A DNA stretch of 64,000 nucleotides. Origin: Nitrososphaerota archaeon (GTDB taxonomy: Archaea > Thermoproteota > EX4484-205 > JAAOZP01). Positions 27,201 through 35,305 of this stretch are shown here, piece by piece. How positions within the stretch are numbered: position 1 is the stretch's first letter; the number at the start of each line of letters is the position of its first letter. The notes under the pieces were generated by a model that saw only the letters and a program-made list of their open reading frames with translations, had not been told where the DNA came from and did not search any database. Made by a program: the position numbers and the translations under genes. Location: NCBI GenBank assembly GCA_011605725.1, contig JAAOZP010000017.1, positions 128,001 to 192,000 of the forward strand, read 5' to 3'.

Positions 27201-27441
27201 CTATAGGGCGATTTCCGGCCTTTCTGAAAGGACAGCGGATTACGACGTGGAGATTAAGTATGTTCCTGACAGAAGCTTCTACAATGTTGAGTTGATTGTT
27301 AAGAATATCGAGAGAAGCTCGTATGCATATGTAGAGTATAAAGCGTTAATGAAGTCGATGCTTTATGAGCTGCGTGACGAGCTTTTGAAGATTACTGTTT
27401 CAGAGCAGTGGACATCCGGCAAAAAGGAGAATACGTTGTAA
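24223..27441 (+). CDS. Large FtsX/MacB-type permease-domain protein with an unrecognised N-terminal ectodomain (paralogue of 7869..12422)
   Basis: Signal peptide and many N-x-S/T sequons. MLKSRRLRGALVILT (TM1), SIYERRKESVIMSSLGASP (FtsX motif), and a C-terminal soluble tail ending ELRDELL. Confidence 0.8.
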   Translation: MFKHGLLMIFSTLLLVTMTTVCEKPLSAQVSYVNYTIVLNVEVLFDQPPQKTVNFTMWLGQYGFSWSMNQTGSLTQKREISLDAYIAQNQRLLLPYSILLHTDSCLQLNRLAVMTDYYGTVQSWSVRLLDRNYTYYIDQLRWSSTYRFESSVDSILDYRVNNTGRIINIRFTLRASLAKLYKLDLTPFQRLDTRLLFEEPTGTHIGFFENGSRFLIVRINADNLKLSGRYLLELHTLESSPIRIVFPFQMNLNLNRETLKIGPVIFRALFNSTDNLIRASDEFLSETRIYAPDISSKLQQARSYLNDVRQVNLEGLTNIFPLEGAINLVCEASSSIGMLVLSSGMLIVPIVLTIILIAGAVVSHLIFNGSRKLTIILFMLFSLIAFGLHPGLRLILFSTKPKALIDLWSVSNLTYGIPFQLLPLASITISIILLLLTARLMLRYSGTATIHSLAASTAVRMLKSRRLRGALVILTVSTIAMATVPAITLKTVVPLVTSFQEARDGEGKIFFSKTWLARVVESTPAGTFEEKYNGLFLMSLEEAAFYAGKLGMLEYTPICIAFCKLGPLQTGSSSSRLNLTGPGGINITIPVESDNQELGGLIIFVNLTFMRNHLGLNFSGDFKNGILVDKEYLKKQFFPSQLNVMGLNLNVTGVFDKSTLKMPDGEGLENYLRGRPLFVGTISWDAVQTPIKLSNDNFLTEGNRMLIISSPVIGLVDIGTVKNLPVFKRVVAFIGTYPDARLFEIENYLKTLVSSHKIWLSRAITTGGSGISIDFVSSYSAIISKGSQLETIQLGTPLVMALGSWESILMMILIGSLIILNAMLNSIYERRKESVIMSSLGASPSFITYLFLTEGLIIGVMGGCLGYVAGYVWAYSIGASSPEIFTELYSLTPLLLVFVIAILVTGIGSAFPAKEAILKIVPSKIMLVRGEIAIKTERDGSKRASTPIRLKRDHLEQFSSHVINMAQSHSYSLYGIIIHSYEKEEDGVRLKLSYRAISGLSERTADYDVEIKYVPDRSFYNVELIVKNIERSSYAYVEYKALMKSMLYELRDELLKITVSEQWTSGKKENTL

Positions 27442-27474
27442 AAATTTTTAAGCTGAACCTTCTACAGACTACTG

Positions 27475-27813
27475 ATGACCATAACCTGGTATCCCATTGT
27501 TTTTCCAGATCGTTGCGACGGTTGCAGAGAATTAGATAGGCCGAAATGCATAGAATTCTGCCCCCATGATGTTTTCGCATTAGCAGGTAATAAAGCGGTG
27601 GTTGCAAACCCGCAGAACTGCGTCGAGGGCTGCATAGCCTGCATGCCGCTTTGCCCCAAGAAGGCAATAGAGTTCCCGAGGCATCAGGGGTTTAGAAGAG
27701 CTGAAGGATCCTGGTCAAAGGGTTTGAAGAAAGTGGTGTGCAAGAAATGCGGCAGGAGCTTCTGGACTAATGAGGACAGGGAGCTCTGCTGGGAATGTAG
27801 CAGCCTAAAGTAG
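27475..27813 (+). CDS. 2x[4Fe-4S] ferredoxin fused to a C-terminal zinc-ribbon-like motif
   Basis: CDGC-x7-CIEFCP and CVEGCIACMPLCP, then CKKC...CWEC. Confidence 0.85.
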   Translation: MTITWYPIVFPDRCDGCRELDRPKCIEFCPHDVFALAGNKAVVANPQNCVEGCIACMPLCPKKAIEFPRHQGFRRAEGSWSKGLKKVVCKKCGRSFWTNEDRELCWECSSLK

Positions 27814-27977
27814 TGTCCACGTGTTAAACGGAAAAACCGGATTTCGTGCGCTAAAAGGGATTTCATTTTTCAAAGATAAAACTTATAAACAGAGAATATT
27901 ACTGCCTCCCGTAGGATCGTTTAACTGGTGGTCAATGGGAGTTGTTGTTTGAAATTCAGGAGCGCTCGAACAGCAAA

Positions 27978-28916
27978 CTATTTCGTAGAAAGTAAGACGG
28001 CTCCGCTTGGCTCGAACTCCCATTTCTTCAAGTATCCCGAGGACTCGGCTATTTTTTCAGAGAAGGAAACTATGTCGCTCATCCACGGCATCGCTTCCTT
28101 CGGAAGCCTCGACTGGCTTTCCCCAACCCACTCGTAAGCCTTAACTTCAACGTAATCAGGGCTAGCGATATTTATTAGCCTAGCATAACCCTCCGCATCG
28201 CTATCGTTAACACCCTTAACCATTGTTATTCTGAGCACACGCTTAACACCATTTAGGCTGGGCAACAACTCTAGCGACCTTAACAGTCTCTGCCAAGCAT
28301 CCTTAACCAAGGGTCTCGCAACCATTTTGAAAATCGTCTCGTTAGGGGCTTGAATACTGATGTAAAGCTGGTTTGGAAGAGGGTTGAGGATTTCTAAAAC
28401 CTCGGGCATGCTGCCGTTAGTTACAAGGTATGTCACCATGCTTCTCTTGCGAGCCTCGCCTATCAGATCACCCAGCCTAGGGTACAGGGTTGGCTCACCA
28501 GTGAGACTAAAGGTCACCATGGATGGTTTTAGAGCCTCTTCGAAAACCTTGGGATCAACCATCTGATTTGCCTTATAGCCTATTAGGAGGAGCCTCCTCA
28601 TCCTAATGGCTTCCTCAATAATGTAAGCGGGATCGTCTAACTCAGAAACTTGAGCGGGATACTCTTGCCAAACATACCCGGGCCTGTCTCCAGAGTGGAT
28701 TCTCCAGCAGTAGGTGCACCTGTAGTTACAACCTAGGAAGGGAGTCATCTGCATGCACCTGTGGCTCTGAACATTCTTATACCAGAGCTCCTTGTAGCAA
28801 CTCCGCCCCCGGGTTAATCTCTGTCTAGTCCAGTAGCAAACCTTAACGGCGGAGTGTCTACCGACTACCCTGTACTGTTGCTTCTCAAGCAGGCTCTTAA
28901 CGTTTAACGGGAGCAT
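27978..28916 (-). CDS. taw1: 4-demethylwyosine synthase Taw1/TYW1 (radical SAM)
   Basis: GRHSAVKVCYWT, CYK, SHRCMQMTP, CNYRCTYCWR, SLTGEPTLYP and YVEVKAY. Start taken at ATG 28916. Confidence 0.95.
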   Translation of the reverse strand: MLPLNVKSLLEKQQYRVVGRHSAVKVCYWTRQRLTRGRSCYKELWYKNVQSHRCMQMTPFLGCNYRCTYCWRIHSGDRPGYVWQEYPAQVSELDDPAYIIEEAIRMRRLLLIGYKANQMVDPKVFEEALKPSMVTFSLTGEPTLYPRLGDLIGEARKRSMVTYLVTNGSMPEVLEILNPLPNQLYISIQAPNETIFKMVARPLVKDAWQRLLRSLELLPSLNGVKRVLRITMVKGVNDSDAEGYARLINIASPDYVEVKAYEWVGESQSRLPKEAMPWMSDIVSFSEKIAESSGYLKKWEFEPSGAVLLSTK

Positions 28917-29499
28917 TAGTACTCGGATTAGTAGCTCGGATGGTGATTTAAGAATTTGGGATCCTCGAAACAGCCTCCCTCGGCGCACGTGCTCGTGCTA
29001 AATACTCGCTTACCAGCAGGTAAACACTCGTTTACTCCAGGTAGGCATTTGCTTCCCATGTGTATTTGAACGGCTTAAGCTTCGAGAAAGGGATTGCTTA
29101 GCCAAGCCAGGCCCCGTTGAGAACTCGCTTGCTCGGCGAGTGCCAAGGCCCTCAGGTATGGTTATCGTCACCGTAGTTGACTTAGTGTGCTGTGCGTCCT
29201 GGGTTTATCAGCCTTGATGTGAAGGTCGCCCGTCCCGCCATACCAAGCCCTTTTATTCGGGAAGTAGGTAGCGTGTGCTAGGAGTGTTTAGCAAGACTAA
29301 GAGCATGTTGCCTAACATTACGACTACTTTTCCAACTGGCTTCTAAATCCTAAAAACACGGGGTTTCTTAGAATACATCCAATAAAAAGGATCTAAACGA
29401 TTTTCACATGATGGCAGTGGCTTGATAGCTATTTTAAACAGGTTGCGTTGAAGGTATTTAGCGGTAAAATTTAAATGCACGTATGTGTATGCATATTTC

Positions 29500-29730
29500 A
29501 TGGGTCACAAGACCATCACTATCTCAGACGAAGCGTACAAAGCATTATCCCGTCTTAAACGTGGCAAGGAATCGTTCACAGACGTGATACTGAAACTGGC
29601 CAGGGGGAGAGTGGAGGGCACCCTTTTAGACTACGTGAGGTCGCTTGAGCAGGATGAGGAGTTTGCAGAGATAATGGAAGACGTGGTAAGGGAGAGAAGG
29701 AGAATCAGATTGAGAACGCCCAGAGTGTAG
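29500..29730 (+). CDS. vapB: VapB-type antitoxin (DUF217/UPF0330-like)
   Basis: MGHKTITISDEAYKALSRLKRGKESFTDVILKL, directly upstream of a PIN toxin. Confidence 0.88.
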   Translation: MGHKTITISDEAYKALSRLKRGKESFTDVILKLARGRVEGTLLDYVRSLEQDEEFAEIMEDVVRERRRIRLRTPRV

Positions 29731-29740
29731 GTGTACCCAA

Positions 29741-30136
29741 ATGGTTTGCTTAGATACGAGTTTCATAATTGCCCTTATAAGACGTGACCAAAAAGCGGAG
29801 AGGAAGCTGGAGGAGTATGTGAGCAGTGGGGCAAGGCTTTCGACGACGCCTATAACAGCGTGTGAACTGTTTAAAGGGGCCTATAGGTCGAAGAAGAGAG
29901 ATGCCGAGGTTAGGAAAGTCAGGGAGATACTGAAACGCCTAGACATGTTGGATTTCTCTATAGATTCCTGCGAAAGGTATGGTAAGCTTGTGAATGATCT
30001 TGAATCTGCAGGAACGCCGATCGGCGATCTGGACGCCATCATAGCGAGCCTAGCCCTAACTCATAACGAGCCCGTAGTAACAGCTGATAAGGACCACTTT
30101 GAAAGGGTTTCAGGCCTCATAGTTGAATCATGGTGA
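29741..30136 (+). CDS. vapC: VapC PIN-domain ribonuclease toxin
   Basis: LDTSFII, ITACEL, GDLDAIIAS and VTADKDHF. Confidence 0.93.
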   Translation: MVCLDTSFIIALIRRDQKAERKLEEYVSSGARLSTTPITACELFKGAYRSKKRDAEVRKVREILKRLDMLDFSIDSCERYGKLVNDLESAGTPIGDLDAIIASLALTHNEPVVTADKDHFERVSGLIVESW

Positions 30137-30150
30137 ATTCAGCTCGAGCC

Positions 30151-30783
30151 TCATGAGCCTAGTATTATTGAAACCGCTTCGTCTAGGCTCTTCACTGTGA
30201 AATCCGCGTTCTCGCAGCGGGTACCCCTCCTCGAAACAAGTATGAATCGCATTCCCGCGCTCTTAGCCGACTCGCAGTCGAAACAAGTATCTCCAACCGC
30301 GAAACACTCCTGAGGCTTAACCTTCAAGAGTTCAGCCGCCTTCAGGAAAACGTCTGGCGCCGGTTTTCTTCTGACAACAATATCTGAGCCTACGAGCACG
30401 TCGAACATTTTTAAAACTCCCAGGAGAGAAAGGTACTTCTTGAGCCTCCTCGTGGTCTGGGAGCTTGCAACCGCCGTTTTAACACCTCTCTCCCTAAGTA
30501 TTTTCAAAGATGGTTCCACATCTTCAAAAAGCCTTATTTTACCAATATATTCAGCGTCATATATCTCGTCTTTAAGCCTCCTTAGCTCTTCAGCCTTAGC
30601 CTCGTCTCCTCCAGTGATTTTAAGAGAGATCTCCGGCCCGGCGAGCCCAACATACTCCTCAACATCCTTAGGGTCAATCCGTATCCCCATAAGGCTAGCC
30701 GCCCTAGCCCATGCTTCAGAAAGCAAGCCGACCGTATTAACGATTGTCCCGTCAAAATCAAGTACTACTGCTTTAATCGTCAA
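30151..30783 (-). CDS. HAD-superfamily phosphatase (beta-phosphoglucomutase/PGP-like)
   Basis: DFDGTIVNT, VASS, KPAPD and VGDT...D. Confidence 0.9.
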   Translation of the reverse strand: MTIKAVVLDFDGTIVNTVGLLSEAWARAASLMGIRIDPKDVEEYVGLAGPEISLKITGGDEAKAEELRRLKDEIYDAEYIGKIRLFEDVEPSLKILRERGVKTAVASSQTTRRLKKYLSLLGVLKMFDVLVGSDIVVRRKPAPDVFLKAAELLKVKPQECFAVGDTCFDCESAKSAGMRFILVSRRGTRCENADFTVKSLDEAVSIILGS

Positions 30784-31239
30784 AGCCTCATAGATACGTT
30801 AAACCATTTTTAAAAACTTTACTTTCATCTCATCAAATACTAAAAGCTATTTTTTATCTCTATGTTTATATAAGATCAAGCGCGTGCTCAGCACGAGGGG
30901 GCTGATAAGTGTCTTACGCCATCCCTCCATGACTTTTTCCCCTATCTAACTCTTCAGGGTATCTGAACTCCTTTTCCTTAACCATTATCTTCAATCTCTT
31001 TACGTAATGGTGATCAGTTCCTTTAAACCTTATAGAACCTTGATAAAGAGAATAGGGAGGCTCAAAAACCATCATAACCATGTAGTAGTCAAAAGTACTG
31101 TTTCAGTCGTCAGGATTGCGTAGGCAGTGTTGGGAATGGTTTTAAACTTTCCATTATCCATAGCGCATACTTGGGCTAGACTATATTTTGTGCGAAGAAT
31201 GGATTATGAACCGGGGGCCTCTATGGAAGCTAAGGAATG

Positions 31240-32313
31240 TCACCATTCCGTTAACTTCTTGACTGTCTCCTCGTCGAGTCTCTTAACCATCTCTAAGACA
31301 AGCCTGACAGCATTCCTAACGTCGCTGAGACTCATTATTGAAGCTGCTGAGTGAATATGCCGCGTTGGAACTCCGATGACTAGACTGGGGCAGCCAACCT
31401 TATGAATGTGAATCCTGCCCGCGTCAGTCCCTCCTCTCGCCACAAGTGAAAGCTGGTACGGGATATTGTTCTCCTCCGCAACTCTTATCGCCAGATTCTT
31501 TAAGTTTTGATTTGGTATCATTGAAGCATCCATTGCGACTATCGAGGGGCCTTTCCCAATCTTGGTTTGAGCCTGTCCAGGAGGTATCCCCGGAACGTCG
31601 CCAGCAATATCTACTTCAAGCACGATGGCTACGTCAGGATCCACCAGGCTCGCGATCGTTGTAGCTCCTCTGAGACCAACTTCCTCCATGACTGTTGCTG
31701 CACCATACACGGTGTTAGGATGCTGAACATTCTCTGTTCTCAGCCTTCTCACAACCTCCATCGCTATCGTAGCCCCAACCCTGTCGTCGAAAGCCTTGCC
31801 CATCGCAACCTCGCCACCCTTCATAAGGGTGAAGAAGGAGCATGGTACCACCGGGTCGCCTACTCTAACACCCATGTTCTTAGCTTCGTCTGCCGAGGAA
31901 GCACCTATATCGATGAACATGTTGTCCTTCGTTATCACTTTGCCGGCCTCCTCGGGCGGTATTAGGTGGGGAGGTTTCGCAGCTATAACCCCGTTTAAAT
32001 CACCCTTCTGGGTTCTAACTATAACCCTGGTTGAAAGTAGAACCTGGTCGAACCATCCTCCGAGCGGTGCGAAGGTCAGGAAGCCCTGGTCATTTATGCC
32101 TGAGACGACGAAGCCCACCTCGTCAACATGGCCGGCGAGAAGGACACGCGGTCTTTCGGAACTACCCTTCTTGACGAACGCTAGAGAACCCAGTTTGTCC
32201 GACATAATCTCGTCAGCATAAGCCTGCATATAGCTCTTCGCCTTTAACAGAACCTCCTTCTCATACCCAGCGGGTCCGAACGAGTTTGTCAGGTCCTCCA
32301 GTACTTTAACCAT
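31240..32313 (-). CDS. M42 family aminopeptidase (TET-like)
   Basis: GPAGYE, GHVDEVG, KAFDDRVG, EEVGLRGA, GGTDAG and RHIHS. Start taken at ATG 32313. Confidence 0.93.
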   Translation of the reverse strand: MVKVLEDLTNSFGPAGYEKEVLLKAKSYMQAYADEIMSDKLGSLAFVKKGSSERPRVLLAGHVDEVGFVVSGINDQGFLTFAPLGGWFDQVLLSTRVIVRTQKGDLNGVIAAKPPHLIPPEEAGKVITKDNMFIDIGASSADEAKNMGVRVGDPVVPCSFFTLMKGGEVAMGKAFDDRVGATIAMEVVRRLRTENVQHPNTVYGAATVMEEVGLRGATTIASLVDPDVAIVLEVDIAGDVPGIPPGQAQTKIGKGPSIVAMDASMIPNQNLKNLAIRVAEENNIPYQLSLVARGGTDAGRIHIHKVGCPSLVIGVPTRHIHSAASIMSLSDVRNAVRLVLEMVKRLDEETVKKLTEW

Positions 32314-33021
32314 CCATTCTCCGGACAATGTTGGAAAAAGGTTTAACAAAGGTTAAATAAAAGCTTTTTCACCTTCCTCTGTACACTTATCCCGATCATC
32401 TGGATTACAAATCCATAGTTATATTTGAACCTAAATCAGTATCTTGGTCCATCCTTGCTAAGAAGAACGACCCCGCCTGCTCCCAGGTTTCAACAGCCTT
32501 TTCAACGTCGCTTGATACTCTCAGGGATCTCCGGCCCATGAGCCAAACTGATTCTCCGAGTCTCCTGCCTCATACGCTTTTTCTCAACCATGGTCTCCTG
32601 TCCTTCGAATTTACCTTACGCGGCGTTACAGGCCTCCTGCAAACAACTAAATGCGGCAAACCTACTTTAGGCTTCTTATTATAATCGTAAACCAGCTTCA
32701 GCATCACTCTGTGAACACGTTTACACACCTACCTGTATACAAATCTCTAAGGTCGAAGATAACCACATCCGAAGAAATATTCTTCGAGTAACCATAATGC
32801 AACTATTCCCGCAAGCAGACTATAACGATGCGATAAACATTATGAAGCAGGTAATCACGCTACATGTCTTCGCTGGACCAATCCTTCGGGTGAAGTATGT
32901 CAAGCTTTAATCCCTCATTCCTGAAGGCTTAAAGGCTTTTTGATGGCAATATCTTCCCGAAATCATGAGGGAAAAATTAATATTCCCCCGTAGGCATGTT
33001 TTCTAAGCGGAGGTGTTTAAA

Positions 33022-33609
33022 ATGTCTGAAGACTGGTTTGAAGACTGGTTTGAAAAGCTTGAGAAGGATTTAAGAAGAATGATGCGGAGAGCCTTTAGCG
33101 CAACACCGTTCGAAGAGGATTTCTTCGACCTTTTCAAAGGTCTTGAGGAGAAGTTTCCAAAAGACCTGGTTAGGGAGGAGAAGCTTCCCGACGGAAGCGT
33201 CAGAAGGGAGTACGGCCCGTTCATATATGGCTACTCCGTCAGGATAGGGCCTGACGGCAAGCCAATCGTAAGAGAGTTTGGAAACGTTAAGCGTAAAGTT
33301 TCCCCTGTGAAACCGCTTGAAGTTAAGGAGGCTGCTGAGCCGCTGATAGACGTCATCACGGAGGAGGACAAGATTAAAGTCATAGCTGAGGTGCCCGGTG
33401 TGGATAAGCAGGATATTAAGCTGAACGTTGTCGGGAAGACTCTTTCAATACGTGCAGAGTCTGAGAGGAGAAAGTATAGTAAGGATGTTGAGCTGCCTGA
33501 AGAGGTTGACCCCAAGACTGCTAAAGCCAGCTATAAGAATGGTATTCTGGAGGTAACGCTGAACAGGGTTAGGAAGGAGAAGAAGGGCGAGGAAATACCA
33601 ATAGAATAG
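33022..33609 (+). CDS. hsp20: Archaeal small heat shock protein Hsp20
   Basis: GPFIYGYSVRIGPDGKP..REFGN, EPLIDV, AEVPGV and ASYKNGILEV. GGAGGTG RBS before ATG 33022. Confidence 0.95.
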   Translation: MSEDWFEDWFEKLEKDLRRMMRRAFSATPFEEDFFDLFKGLEEKFPKDLVREEKLPDGSVRREYGPFIYGYSVRIGPDGKPIVREFGNVKRKVSPVKPLEVKEAAEPLIDVITEEDKIKVIAEVPGVDKQDIKLNVVGKTLSIRAESERRKYSKDVELPEEVDPKTAKASYKNGILEVTLNRVRKEKKGEEIPIE

Positions 33610-33619
33610 CCTGCACTCC

Positions 33620-33883
33620 ATGAACACGCTGCTGACCCTAGCCGCTACGCTCCTAATCCTAGCGGGTTTCCTACTTGTTTTTATAGCTGTTTTCATGGAG
33701 CTGCTACGTGCTTTTAAACAGGGAGGCACTGAGGTTGAGAAGCAAAGTGGGGCAGTGGTGATGATAGGCCCAATCCCCATAGTCCTTGCTTCAGACCCTA
33801 AGACAGCCAGAATGCTGCTTGTGCTTGCCATCATACTCACCCTGATCTTAATCTTTTTAACAGTCTTATTCGCCTACGGTTGA
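33620..33883 (+). CDS. DUF131/TIGR00304-like small membrane protein
   Basis: Two TM segments flanking GAVVMIGPIPIV. Confidence 0.8.
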   Translation: MNTLLTLAATLLILAGFLLVFIAVFMELLRAFKQGGTEVEKQSGAVVMIGPIPIVLASDPKTARMLLVLAIILTLILIFLTVLFAYG

Positions 33884-33889
33884 GAGGCT

Positions 33890-34153
33890 TTGAAGAGTTT
33901 CGGAAAACTAATACTAGCAGGCTTCATCCTTATAATAACTGGTTTCGTAACGCTTCTCCTGGCCTCACTGCCGTTTGCTGAAGCCAAGGTTGGGGGAGCC
34001 TTCGTAATATTTATAGGTCCCTTCCCACTGGCATTCGGCTTCGGAGAATACTCTCCCATCCTCCTACTCGTCAGCGTAATTATCGCCGCGGTGATGATAA
34101 TGATCATACTGATAATTTTAAAAAGCTCTTTGAAAAAAGCTGACGCCTCTTAG
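33890..34153 (+). CDS. DUF131-like small membrane protein (tandem paralogue)
   Basis: GGAFVIFIGPFPLAFG between TM segments. Confidence 0.75.
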   Translation: MKSFGKLILAGFILIITGFVTLLLASLPFAEAKVGGAFVIFIGPFPLAFGFGEYSPILLLVSVIIAAVMIMIILIILKSSLKKADAS

Positions 34154-34175
34154 GTTTGGAAAAGCGAGTTTAAAG

Positions 34176-34811
34176 CTACGGCTCAGGTTCCATTATAACA
34201 GCGTTCTCACCAACTATGCTGCGGAACCTCTCAGCGTCACTCTTACCTCCAACAATGGAGCCATAATGCATAGGCACGAATATTCCCACACCTATGTCTT
34301 TAGCCGCCTGCGCAGCCTCCTCAGCATTCATAGTGTATGTTCCACCGATTGGAAGAAGGGAGACATCCGGCTTTAAACCAGCCATTTCAGGAATTCTGTC
34401 AGTATCCCCTGCATGATATATTTTCACACCGCCTATTGTAACCACGTACCCAACCTTGCCATCCATCTTAGGGTGGAAGGATTTTCCAACGTTGTACGAG
34501 GGAACAGCCTCAACCTTAACACCTGCGACATCGATGCTTAAACCAGGCTTAACAAACTTATGCTCTAAGCCTAACTGCCTGAACCTTGCTTCACACTCCT
34601 TGGGGCCGATTAAAAGAGTCTTGGGGGAAGAAACCTTCCTAATGTCTTCTAAGCTTAAATGGTCGAAATGGTTGTGCGTAACCAGTATGATGTCTGCAGT
34701 CGGACCGCCTTTAATCTTAAACGGATCTATGTAGATTGTTTTCCCTTCTCCAACTATTCTGAAGCCAGCGTGCCCCAGCCAATATATCTTAACACCCTTA
34801 ACCTCTATCAA
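34176..34811 (-). CDS. Metallo-beta-lactamase-fold hydrolase (UPF0173-like)
   Basis: WLGHAGF, THNHFDH, YHAGDT, LPIGG and PMHYG. Start uncertain (TTG 34811 or 34835). Confidence 0.9.
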   Translation of the reverse strand: MIEVKGVKIYWLGHAGFRIVGEGKTIYIDPFKIKGGPTADIILVTHNHFDHLSLEDIRKVSSPKTLLIGPKECEARFRQLGLEHKFVKPGLSIDVAGVKVEAVPSYNVGKSFHPKMDGKVGYVVTIGGVKIYHAGDTDRIPEMAGLKPDVSLLPIGGTYTMNAEEAAQAAKDIGVGIFVPMHYGSIVGGKSDAERFRSIVGENAVIMEPEP

Positions 34812-35305
34812 ACTGTATTTAAGTAGTTGGAACAAGGTTGAATATAAAGGTTATTCTCCATGATCTCTGCAGCCCCAAGTGCTCACATGTCCCGGCGTGT
34901 TAAGACAGCCCTGTCATTAATGCACTGACAACATAGAGAGTACGAGTAAAATAGAAGATACGTGTGTTAAACTTGTCCTGGAGTAACCGGTTCTAGCATC
35001 TAGGCTTGACAGAGAGATTAAGCAAGCATTCAGTTCATCCAGCATGATTGACCTAGGCTCATGCATATTCTCCAGTCAGCACAGTCCTCCGCCTCTAATT
35101 CCCGTTTAACTCGTGAATACACTTGTGGAGGCATTTTTCCACCTAGGCTCATTGAATCATTATCGAGCTAATCTTCAATTTCCAAATTTAATTCAGTAAT
35201 TCCTTCATCCCTTGTTGAAACTGGGAAAGACTAGTCTTAGGGAAAACCAGGCTCGACCGTTAAACATTACGTTTATAAGGCTTATCGCAATGTCTGCAAA
35301 CAGTC

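Noticed and set aside
28990-29460. Long intergenic region before vapBC with small hairpins, possibly an IS200/IS605 end or ncRNA
   Set aside because: No transposase or TnpB remnant was recognisable, there are no terminal repeats, and no RNA family motif could be supported.
30800-31230. Short broken reading frames on the minus strand
   Set aside because: Possibly decayed coding DNA, but there is no identifiable motif to name a pseudogene.
32360-32990. 630-nt gap between the M42 peptidase and hsp20 with short ORF fragments
   Set aside because: No ORF of 60 aa or more, and no recognisable family, repeat array or RNA structure.
33028-33054. GAAGACTGGTTT tandem repeat
   Set aside because: An in-frame coding repeat (EDWF x2) in the low-complexity Hsp20 N-terminus.
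34850-35300. ACCTAGGCTCAT occurring twice about 90 nt apart
   Set aside because: Only two short copies; not a CRISPR array and could be chance.
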